Shown here: one piece after another, positions 35,939-44,063 of the stretch
How the letters are laid out: every line of letters starts with the position of its first letter
How positions within the stretch are numbered: position 1 is the first letter of the stretch
Assembly: GCA_016180645.1 (NCBI GenBank)
Contig: JACPAV010000010.1
Location: 62,001 to 108,489 of the forward strand
Length of the DNA stretch: 46,489 nucleotides
Reading direction: 5' to 3'
Origin: Nitrospirota bacterium
GTDB lineage: Bacteria > JACPQY01
The notes under the pieces: model-generated
Told to the model about the DNA's origin: nothing
What the model saw: only the letters and a program-made list of their open reading frames with translations
The model's database searches: none
Program-made: the position numbers and the translations under genes

Positions 35939-37582
35939 ATGGTTATCTCCTGCGGGAAGTGCGCCAAGTCGTTCCTCTTGCCGGATGACAAGATCAAGCC
36001 CACAGGCACGCGCGTTCGGTGCAAACAGTGCGGGCATGAATTTGTCGTGATGCCTCCCACGGCTCCCCCACCGGCAGCAGAGGAGCCTATTCTTCTTTCG
36101 GATCCCGATCCCCTCACCGTCACGCCTGCATCCGGGCTCCAGCGTTCTGCACCGCCGGCCTCCCAAGGGGGCGATGTCGCCTCGTCCTACGAAATCACAT
36201 TCCAAGGGTTGGAATCGGGTGGTCCAGCCCCGTCGGGCGAAGAACCTCCTTCTTCGGGAGGAATGAGCGACGCGGACCTCGTGTCCGCTCTGCAATCCGA
36301 CCCGCTTCTGGCGGCGCCCGAAGAAGCCGCTCCGCCGGCGGGTGGAGATGTTTCGATCGACTTCGGAGTGCTGGATCAGGTTCCGGAGGCGCCGCCCCCT
36401 GTTTCTCTTTCCGCCGGTGCTGAACCTCCGTCCCCGGAGATGGATGCGCTTTCCATGGCGGAACCGGAGGCTTCCGCGTCCGCGCAGGACGTATCCTCCC
36501 TGCAACTCGACAATCTCAGCCTCGAGGAGCCGCCCCCGGAAGAGCACGCGCCCTCGCTGATGGCCGAACCCATGCGCGGTGGCGGAAGCGGTGGCGCGGA
36601 ATCTTCCTCGGCCGGAGCAGACCCGTTGGCCGGTCTCGATCTGGATTTCACGCTGGATGAGAAAGCGATGGGAGGCGGACTTTCGGAGTCGCATCTCTCC
36701 TCACCGTCCCCACCACCTCCTCCTGCCCCGCCTACCCCCGAACCCTCGATTTTTGAACCGACCTCGGTGGAATCTGCGCCGACCCCTCCACCTGCTGCGG
36801 TTACGCAAGAGAGCTTGAAAGCCGAGTTCGAGTCTTTGGGACGCGACAGCCTGATCAAGGGGAACCTGGACGAGATTCAGGCCCCTGAGGCACCGGCCTA
36901 CCCGTCGCCACCCTCACCGAGGGAACAGGAGCCGGTTCGGGCGGCCGCGACACCGACGTCAGTGGCCGCCAAGGTCGCGGCGCGGGCGGCGGAGAAGGAA
37001 AAGAAAGTCGCCCATCTCCGCCGGTTGGAGCTCCGGAGTTCGGGTTGGCTGACGGCCCCTCTTTGGCTAATCCTCCTGGCCGGATTTGGCGCGGCAGTGT
37101 GGTGGTTTTCGCCGGTCCCCATGCCCGGCATGGGCGAGCCGCCTTCGCGGGTGACCGTGGAATCGCTGATTGCTTCCCGGATCGGATTGCGTCCTGTGAC
37201 GGAGGATGTCAGTCCGTCGATCCGCCGGGTTCGAGGCCGATCGTATCAGAATGCGTACGGTGAGAGCTTTTATATCGTCACGGGAGTTGTGCAGAAAATT
37301 CAGGCCGAAACCCAGACCCTGCGCGCCACGTTCCTCGATGCGCAGGGCTGGAAGATGGGTGAGGAGCCTGCCTACTGGGTGAAGGAGATCCCGCCTCGTG
37401 AATTCGCGTTGCTGAGCCTCGTGGAGCTTCGTCAGGCGTTGACGAATCTGGCGGTGGGATTCCAGGAAGCGGGCGCTGATATTTCTTTTGCGATTGTTTA
37501 TCCGACGCCGCTGAAAATTCCGGACCGCACTATCCTCGAATGGACCGACGCCGGACCTCGATCCCCCACCGGCGGTTCGTGA
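35939..37582 (+). CDS. Zinc-ribbon (MJ0042-finger-like) membrane protein with acidic/Pro-rich linker
   Basis: MVISCGKC...VRCKQCGHEF, ~300 aa low-complexity linker, one TM, periplasmic DUF3426-like domain. Confidence 0.78.
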   Translation: MVISCGKCAKSFLLPDDKIKPTGTRVRCKQCGHEFVVMPPTAPPPAAEEPILLSDPDPLTVTPASGLQRSAPPASQGGDVASSYEITFQGLESGGPAPSGEEPPSSGGMSDADLVSALQSDPLLAAPEEAAPPAGGDVSIDFGVLDQVPEAPPPVSLSAGAEPPSPEMDALSMAEPEASASAQDVSSLQLDNLSLEEPPPEEHAPSLMAEPMRGGGSGGAESSSAGADPLAGLDLDFTLDEKAMGGGLSESHLSSPSPPPPPAPPTPEPSIFEPTSVESAPTPPPAAVTQESLKAEFESLGRDSLIKGNLDEIQAPEAPAYPSPPSPREQEPVRAAATPTSVAAKVAARAAEKEKKVAHLRRLELRSSGWLTAPLWLILLAGFGAAVWWFSPVPMPGMGEPPSRVTVESLIASRIGLRPVTEDVSPSIRRVRGRSYQNAYGESFYIVTGVVQKIQAETQTLRATFLDAQGWKMGEEPAYWVKEIPPREFALLSLVELRQALTNLAVGFQEAGADISFAIVYPTPLKIPDRTILEWTDAGPRSPTGGS

Positions 37583-37601
37583 GCTCGCTCCCCGAATTGG
37601 A

Positions 37602-37630
37602 TTGACAAGGGGGGGGCAGGCTCCTATAAG
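37602..37630 (+). promoter_or_regulatory. sigma70-like promoter for the mre operon
   Basis: TTGACA (37602) N17 TATAAG (37625). Confidence 0.55.
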
Positions 37631-37638
37631 TACCACCG

Positions 37639-38682
37639 GTGAGAATCGGTCTCGTCAACAGCATTCTGGGGCTTTTCTCCAACGATCTCGCGATCGATTT
37701 GGGAACGGCCACGACCCTTGTCTACTTGAAGGGGCAGGGGATCATCGCCCACGAGCCGTCCGTCGTCGCGGTCCACACCGATCCTCACGGCGTCAAGCGA
37801 GTCCTTGCCGTCGGCCTGGAAGCCAAGGAGATGCTGGGTAAGACGCCGGGAAACATCCAGGCGATTCGTCCGCTCAAGGATGGGGTCATCGCCGATTTCG
37901 AAGTCACCGGTGAAATGCTGCGCTACTTTATCGCGAAGGCGCACAACCGCCGATCGCTCCTGAGGCCGCGCATTGTCATCTGCGTGCCCTACGGCATCAC
38001 GGAAGTGGAGAAGCGGGCCGTGCGCGACTCCGCTGAAACGGCGGGGGCGCGCGAGGTGTACCTGATCGAAGAGCCCATGGCGGCGGCGATCGGGGCCGGG
38101 CTTCCCATCACGGAACCCTCGGGCAACATGGTCGTAAGCATTGGCGGCGGCACGACCCAGGTGGCCGTGATTTCCCTGGCCGGGATCGTCACCAGCAAGT
38201 CCCTGCGCGTGGCGGGGGACAAGATGGACGAAGCGATCCTCCAATTCATCAAGAAAAAGTATAATCTGCTCATCGGTGAGCGGGCCGCCGAGAATATCAA
38301 GATCCAGATTGGGAACGCCTTTCCGATGAACGAAGTGCTCACCATGGAAGTCAAGGGGCTCGACCAAGTGTCCGGGTTGCCCAAGTCCATCACCATCAAT
38401 TCGGATGAAACGCGCGAAGCCCTTTCCGAACCGATCAACAACATTGTGGATACGCTGAAGGAGACCCTCGAACGGACACCGCCCGAACTGGCTGCCGATA
38501 TTGTCGACCGCGGCGTCGTGCTCACCGGGGGGGGGTCGAAGCTCCACAATTTGGACCGTCTCCTTCGGGAAGAAACGGGTGTTCCGGTGGTGCTGGCCGA
38601 CGAGCCCGATACGTGCGTCGTGCTCGGCTCGGGCAAGGTCCTCGACGAGATCGAGCTTCTCAAGCGGATCACCGTCGAGTAG
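37639..38682 (+). CDS. mreB: Rod shape-determining protein MreB
   Basis: [48 protein letters not shown]. Confidence 0.98.
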   Translation: MRIGLVNSILGLFSNDLAIDLGTATTLVYLKGQGIIAHEPSVVAVHTDPHGVKRVLAVGLEAKEMLGKTPGNIQAIRPLKDGVIADFEVTGEMLRYFIAKAHNRRSLLRPRIVICVPYGITEVEKRAVRDSAETAGAREVYLIEEPMAAAIGAGLPITEPSGNMVVSIGGGTTQVAVISLAGIVTSKSLRVAGDKMDEAILQFIKKKYNLLIGERAAENIKIQIGNAFPMNEVLTMEVKGLDQVSGLPKSITINSDETREALSEPINNIVDTLKETLERTPPELAADIVDRGVVLTGGGSKLHNLDRLLREETGVPVVLADEPDTCVVLGSGKVLDEIELLKRITVE

Positions 38683-38691
38683 CGCGTTCGT

Positions 38692-39549
38692 TTGTTCCGC
38701 TTCCGAATCCAGATCGTCCTCGTCCTGATCGTTTTCCTCGCCGCGGGAAACGCCGTCTATCAAGCCAATCGAACCGGCCATCCCTCCACCATGGCAGGAG
38801 AGAAATGGATGGTGGAGCTTTCGCTCTGGCCCACCCGTTGGTTTGCATGGCCGTTTCGTCAGGCCGCGAAAGTGTGGGATCGGTACGTGGCCTTGGTGGG
38901 CGTTTCGAAGGAGAACGAGTCGCTCAGGCGGCGCCTGGCGGAGCTGGAAATGGAAACGACGCGGCTGAAAGAGGTGGAGCTTTCCCACGGCCGGATGAAA
39001 TCGCTCATGGAGTTTCGCGAAACGCTGCCCCAGGCCATGGTGGGTGCCCAGGTGGTCGCGCGAACGGAGGACGGGACATCCGCGGCCCTGTTCATCTCGA
39101 CGGGGGCCAAGAAGGGTGTTTCAGCGGACGCGGCGGTGGTCGGCCTGGGAGGGTTGGTGGGCAGGGTGGTCACAGCGTCGCGCGACTACGCGAAAGTCTT
39201 GCCTATGACGGACGCATCGAGCGCCGCCGGAGCCGTGGTCCAACGATCGAGGGTCCAGGCGGTTGTGCGAGGGGCGGGTCGGAACCGATGCCGCCTGGAG
39301 CACGTCCCCGTCAACAGCGATGTCGGCGTGGGCGATGCGGTTGTGACCTCGGGTCTGGACGGCCTTTTCCCCCCCGGCCTCATGATCGGACTGGTCAGCC
39401 GGGTGGAGCGGCCCACGGGCGCTTTCTTCGCGGAAATTGAATTGGCCCCGGCGGTCCGGATCAGCCAGTTGGAGGAAGTTCTGGTGATTTCGCCCGGCCG
39501 GGCGGATGAAACAAACCCCTCCACCGATTTCCCGGCAGGATCGCCATGA
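38692..39549 (+). CDS. mreC: Rod shape-determining protein MreC
   Basis: TM, coiled coil (ENESLRRRL), GLVGRV, GD.VVTSGLDGLFPPG..IG.V. Confidence 0.92.
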   Translation: MFRFRIQIVLVLIVFLAAGNAVYQANRTGHPSTMAGEKWMVELSLWPTRWFAWPFRQAAKVWDRYVALVGVSKENESLRRRLAELEMETTRLKEVELSHGRMKSLMEFRETLPQAMVGAQVVARTEDGTSAALFISTGAKKGVSADAAVVGLGGLVGRVVTASRDYAKVLPMTDASSAAGAVVQRSRVQAVVRGAGRNRCRLEHVPVNSDVGVGDAVVTSGLDGLFPPGLMIGLVSRVERPTGAFFAEIELAPAVRISQLEEVLVISPGRADETNPSTDFPAGSP

Positions 39550-40082
39550 GGATCCTTCAATCGCCCGGGGCGGCGCCCGAGGTCCGCAGGGTCCGAATCC
39601 ACCTGTTCTGCGTTCTAGCCGCCATGCTTCTCTTGGGTCTGGGCCCCTACCTGCCTTCTCCCATCCAGCCGGTCCACCTGTGTCTGGCCACGGTGGTCTT
39701 TCTAGCCCTCAGCCGGCCTTCGTGGTCGGACCTGGTCGCGGTCTTCTTGTATGGGATCTGGATGGACTCTCTTTATTCGTGGTTCAAGGGCTACGCTCTG
39801 AGCTGGGTGGTCGTATACCTTCTCATCCAGGGACTTCTTCGGATCGTCCGCGTCAATTCCGTGGCGACCCGAACCGCCGTGGGAGCGGGGACCTTCACCG
39901 CCGTCTGGGCCGTGCGATGGCTCCTCAGCGAAACCTTCGATTCGGAAGGGGCGTATTTCCGGTGGGGTTGGCTTTTGCTGCAGCCCCTGCTGGGAGCCGG
40001 GTGGACCCTCCTCTGTTTCGTCCTGTACGAAAGGCTGGAGCGGGTGGGCAAGGAGAAATCACTGGTCTTCCGCGCCCGGTAG
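39546..40082 (+). CDS. mreD: MreD-like membrane protein
   Basis: About 5 TM segments, G..MD motif, located between mreC and mrdA. Confidence 0.65.
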   Translation: MRILQSPGAAPEVRRVRIHLFCVLAAMLLLGLGPYLPSPIQPVHLCLATVVFLALSRPSWSDLVAVFLYGIWMDSLYSWFKGYALSWVVVYLLIQGLLRIVRVNSVATRTAVGAGTFTAVWAVRWLLSETFDSEGAYFRWGWLLLQPLLGAGWTLLCFVLYERLERVGKEKSLVFRAR

Positions 40083-40124
40083 CCGAAATTTGAACGGGTT
40101 GACTGACAGTGAGATAATTCCCCG

Positions 40125-41972
40125 GTGAGCACCCGGTTTATCACCTCCGGTAAAGAAGAGCGGGACATCCGGCGCCGCCTGAAGATCTTTGTAATCGCCT
40201 GTTCGGCGCTCTTCGCGTTCATGCTGGTCCGACTGTGGACGCTCCAAGTGTTCAGCGGCGCGAAGTATCGGATTCAATCGGAGCGGAACCGGATCCGCTT
40301 GGTGGAGGTGAAGGCGTTGCGCGGGGAGATTGTGGACCGCGCGGGACGGACCTTGGCCGAGAATCGCGCGGCGTTCGATCTTCTTGTGGTCAAGGAAGAT
40401 GCTTCCAAAACGCTCGCTCGATCGCTGGGTTCGATTTCGCGCATCCTCGGCGTTCCCCGTGAAGATTTGGAATCGCGGATTGGATCGGCCCCCGCGGCGC
40501 CATTCGGCGAAATCCCGGTGGCCCGGGACCTCTCGTGGGAGCAAGTGGTGACCATCGAGGCGAAGGGCGCCGAGTTGCCCGGATTTCTCATCCGACACGT
40601 CTTCGTGCGGCAGTATCCGTACAGTTCATTGGGGGCACACGTCCTCGGCCACTTGGGGGAGATTACGGAGCAGGAGGTGCGGCAGGAGCGTTACAAAGTG
40701 AAATACCGGCCGGGCGATTTGGTCGGCAAGCTGGGCGTGGAACGCAGCCAGGAGGAGTATCTCAAGGGCGTGGACGGAGGGGAGCTGGTCGAGGTGGACG
40801 CGTACGGTAGCCGGCAGACGGTTCTCGATCGGATCCCTTCAAATCCCGGCGCCAAGGTGTATCTCACTCTGGATCTGGATCTCCAGAAAGTGGCCGAGGC
40901 CGTGATGGAAGGAAAGGACGGTGCGGTGGTCGCCATGGACCCTCGGAATGGTGAGATCCTGGCCTTGGTGAGTCACCCCGCGTTCGATCCCAACGCGTTC
41001 AGCCGAGGCGTGGGCAGCGAGGCGTGGAGTTTGCTGGTCAACGCGCCGGCGAAACCCCTCCAGAACCGGGCCATCGCGGGAGGTTACTCACCGGGGTCGA
41101 CCTTCAAACTGGTTACGGCCCTCGCGGCGCTGGAGCAGGGGAGACTCGACCCCGACCATACGGTGAGATGCCGTGGGGAGTACCATTTTGGCGACCGGGC
41201 CTATCGGTGCTGGCGCGAGCACGGCCACGGGAGCGTCGCGCTCCACCGGGCGATCGTGGAGTCCTGCGATATTTTCTTCTATCTGGCCGGACTCACCGCC
41301 GGTATCGACGCGATTTCCGACACCGCGATGAAGCTGGGTCTCGGTCGGAAGACCGGGATCAACCTGTTGGGCGAGCAGCCCGGGCTCATTCCCACCCGCG
41401 CATGGAAGCAGAAAGTCTACAAGCAGAAATGGATGGATGGGGAGACGCTGTCCGTTTCCATCGGGCAGAGTTTTGTGACCGTCACGCCGCTTCAACTGGC
41501 CACGGCCTACTCCACCTTCGCGAATGGAGGCAGCGTGTTCCGGCCGAGGGTGGTGTCCCGCGTGATCGGCCCGGAGGGGCAGTTCTACCAAGACTATCCG
41601 GTCCAAAAAGAGGGGGCCATTTCCTTCACGCCGGCGGCCTACAAAGAAGTTCTCGAGGGGTTGGAGGGTGTGGTCAGCGAGCCCACCGGGACCGGCTGGC
41701 GGGTCAAGATGAAGGACATCACGATTGCCGGGAAGACCGGTACGGCCCAGGTGGTCAAGATGAAGGAGCGGACCGAGGATAAGGACTTTGAAAAGATCCC
41801 CTACGAGTACCGTGACCACGCCTGGTTTGTGTGCTTCTTGCCTGCGGAGCAACCCCAGTTGGCCATCGCGGTGCTCGTTGAGCACGGCGGTCACGGCGCC
41901 TCCGCCGCCGCCCCCGTCGCACGCGCGATGATCGAGAGATATCTCGCCATTCGGAATCTCCCGAGCTTGTGA
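40125..41972 (+). CDS. mrdA: Penicillin-binding protein 2
   Basis: RGEIVDR, R.YP, GKLGVE, PGSTFK (SxxK), SCD, GKTGTAQ, DHAWF. Confidence 0.96.
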   Translation: MSTRFITSGKEERDIRRRLKIFVIACSALFAFMLVRLWTLQVFSGAKYRIQSERNRIRLVEVKALRGEIVDRAGRTLAENRAAFDLLVVKEDASKTLARSLGSISRILGVPREDLESRIGSAPAAPFGEIPVARDLSWEQVVTIEAKGAELPGFLIRHVFVRQYPYSSLGAHVLGHLGEITEQEVRQERYKVKYRPGDLVGKLGVERSQEEYLKGVDGGELVEVDAYGSRQTVLDRIPSNPGAKVYLTLDLDLQKVAEAVMEGKDGAVVAMDPRNGEILALVSHPAFDPNAFSRGVGSEAWSLLVNAPAKPLQNRAIAGGYSPGSTFKLVTALAALEQGRLDPDHTVRCRGEYHFGDRAYRCWREHGHGSVALHRAIVESCDIFFYLAGLTAGIDAISDTAMKLGLGRKTGINLLGEQPGLIPTRAWKQKVYKQKWMDGETLSVSIGQSFVTVTPLQLATAYSTFANGGSVFRPRVVSRVIGPEGQFYQDYPVQKEGAISFTPAAYKEVLEGLEGVVSEPTGTGWRVKMKDITIAGKTGTAQVVKMKERTEDKDFEKIPYEYRDHAWFVCFLPAEQPQLAIAVLVEHGGHGASAAAPVARAMIERYLAIRNLPSL

Positions 41973-42042
41973 CCCCACCCTTCCCCCGCCGGTGCGATTT
42001 GAAATCTCAAATTTCAAATTTGAGATTCGGAGGAGGTGGGGG
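41971..42042. repeat. Intergenic element: 12-bp perfect inverted repeat of heptamers inside C-rich/G-rich arms
   Basis: AATCTCAAATTT-C-AAATTTGAGATT (42003-42027), flanked by CCCCACCCTTCC and GGAGGAGGTGGGGG. Confidence 0.7.
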
Positions 42043-43143
42043 GTGATTGAGGCCCGCCGCGTGCCGCGAGTGGACCCCGTCTTGTTCGGGGTATTCCTGT
42101 TTCTCCTGCTCTTCGGCGCGCTGAATGTGTACAGCGCATCCCGTTCCTATGCCGTTTCAGGCACACCGCTCTACGTCAAGCAGTTGGCGTGGTGCACTCT
42201 GAGCGCGGGGGCCTTTCTCATCGCCGCGCGTGTCCAAGTCCAAATCCTCCACAGTCTTGCCTATGCGCTCTACGCGCTCTTCATTCTCCTGCTGGTGGTC
42301 ACCCATTTCTTCGGCTTCAAGGCCCTGGGCGCCCAGCGATGGATCGCCGTCGGAGGGTTCACGTTCCAGCCCTCGGAGGTGATGAAACTTCTCATCCCGC
42401 TGGCCATTGCGCGCTACCTGCATGGCGTGAAGGCCCCTCGAGGTTTCGGCCTCCGGGATTTGGTGGTGCCGCTGCTCCTGATCCTCTTGCCTGTTCTGCT
42501 CATCTTCAAGCAGCCCGATTTGGGCACGGCCAGCCAGATCGCTATCGCGTCGCTCACCCTTCTCCTGATGACCGACATCAAGCGCGGTCTCCTCATGCGG
42601 GCGCTCCTCATCGCCGCCATATCCGGTCCTTTGGGGTGGTTTATTCTAAAGGACTACCAGAAGCAAAGAATCATCACCTTCCTGAACCCCGAGAAATACG
42701 AGATGAGCTCCGGGTACCAGGTGATCCAATCCAAAATCGCGGTCGGGTCCGGACAGCTCTTTGGGAAGGGCTTCGCGCAGGGGACCCAGGCCCGTCTTCG
42801 TTTTCTACCGCAGCGGCACAGCGACTTCATCTACTCCGTCATTGCCGAGGAGTGGGGATTCCTGGGCAGCGGGCTCGTCCTTCTCCTCCTGTTCATTTTG
42901 TTCTTCAAAGGGATTCGGGTCGCCTATCTCACGAACAACATCTTCCAAACGTATCTCGTTGTGGGAATCATCGCCCAATTTGCGTGGCAGGCGGCCTTGA
43001 ATGCCTTGATGGTCCTCGGTCTGCTGCCGGTGGTCGGCATGCCGATGCCGCTCTTGAGCTATGGAGGAACGAACCTCGTGGTGATGGGGGCCATCTTCGG
43101 GATCCTCTCGAATATCCGCTCCGAAACCGGCGCGCAGGCCTAG
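42043..43143 (+). CDS. rodA: Rod shape-determining protein RodA (SEDS)
   Basis: GAQRWI, FQPSE.MK, QPDLGT, GYQVIQS.IAVGSG, FLPQRHSDFI, PLLSYGG; GTG 42043 after GGAGGAGG. Confidence 0.96.
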   Translation: MIEARRVPRVDPVLFGVFLFLLLFGALNVYSASRSYAVSGTPLYVKQLAWCTLSAGAFLIAARVQVQILHSLAYALYALFILLLVVTHFFGFKALGAQRWIAVGGFTFQPSEVMKLLIPLAIARYLHGVKAPRGFGLRDLVVPLLLILLPVLLIFKQPDLGTASQIAIASLTLLLMTDIKRGLLMRALLIAAISGPLGWFILKDYQKQRIITFLNPEKYEMSSGYQVIQSKIAVGSGQLFGKGFAQGTQARLRFLPQRHSDFIYSVIAEEWGFLGSGLVLLLLFILFFKGIRVAYLTNNIFQTYLVVGIIAQFAWQAALNALMVLGLLPVVGMPMPLLSYGGTNLVVMGAIFGILSNIRSETGAQA

Positions 43144-43192
43144 CCCTCACGCCTCCGGCTTGTTCCCGAATGTCACCGCACCCGGGTGGCCC

Positions 43193-43229
43193 TTGACAAG
43201 AACACTAATTTGGGATAATTGTCCCAAAT
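43193..43229 (+). promoter_or_regulatory. Promoter with overlapping 22-bp palindromic operator candidate
   Basis: TTGACA at 43193; ATTTGGGATAATTGTCCCAAAT (43208-43229, one mismatch) abuts ATG 43230. Confidence 0.7.
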
Positions 43230-44063
43230 ATGACAAGCCCGGATCGGTCCTCACTCCTGGCCGCGGTGGCCAAGATGCTCCGACCCCTTGCGCGGATCCT
43301 GGTCCGCAATGGAGTCCCCTATGGCACCTTCGCCGATCTGGCCCGGCGGGCCTACGTCGGAGTCATGGCGGAGGAGTCCGGTGTCCACGGGCGGAAGCAG
43401 TCCATCTCCCGCATTTCGATCCTGACGGGACTCTCACGCAAGCAGGTAAGCCGGCTCCTGGCCGAGCCCGATCCTCACGAGAGCGGTGCGGCCGATCGGT
43501 ACAATCGGGCGGCGAGAGTCATCAGCGGGTGGGTCCGCGACCGCCGATTCAGCGGAAACGGCGGCCGCCCAGCCGCGCTCCGATTGGAGGGACGAGGGCG
43601 AACGTTCGGCGCATTGGTCCGGCGCTACAGCGGAGACGTTCCCTCCCGGGCCGTGTTGGATGAACTCCTGCGCGTGGGAGCCGTGGAGAGGGTGGGGCGC
43701 GATGCGATCCGCCTGAAGCGCCCTGCGTATGTGCCTTCGACGGACGAGGCCGGCATGCTCGACATCCTGGGAACGGATGTGGGGGATTTGATTTCGACCA
43801 TCGATCATAATGTGAGGACAAAGGGGCAGGCCCCCTTCTTCCAGCGAAAAGTTTCCTATGACAACTTGCCCGCGGAGGTGATCCAGGATCTGCGGCAGCG
43901 CACCGCATCGAAAGCACAATCTTGGCTGGAGCAATCGGATCGATGGCTGGCCGGGAAGGATCGCGACCTCAACCCGTCGGTGCGGGGCAGCGGGCGGATG
44001 CGGGCCGGAATCGGAATTTACTATTTTGAGGAAGATGTAAGCGAAGGAGGTAAGGAGTCATGA
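43230..44063 (+). CDS. DUF6502-like protein (probable DNA-binding, HTH)
   Basis: LRPLARILVRNGV.Y..F....R.AYV, SISRISILTGLSRKQV, W..D..F, F..LVRRYSGDV..RA.LDEL.R.G, FQRKVSYDNL, GIGIYYFEE recognised as the DUF6502 pattern. Confidence 0.8.
   Translation: MTSPDRSSLLAAVAKMLRPLARILVRNGVPYGTFADLARRAYVGVMAEESGVHGRKQSISRISILTGLSRKQVSRLLAEPDPHESGAADRYNRAARVISGWVRDRRFSGNGGRPAALRLEGRGRTFGALVRRYSGDVPSRAVLDELLRVGAVERVGRDAIRLKRPAYVPSTDEAGMLDILGTDVGDLISTIDHNVRTKGQAPFFQRKVSYDNLPAEVIQDLRQRTASKAQSWLEQSDRWLAGKDRDLNPSVRGSGRMRAGIGIYYFEEDVSEGGKES

Noticed and set aside
41992-42042. RodA N-terminal extension MRFEISNFKFEIRRRWG
   Set aside because: It is the translation of the heptamer repeat; a strong SD precedes GTG 42043.
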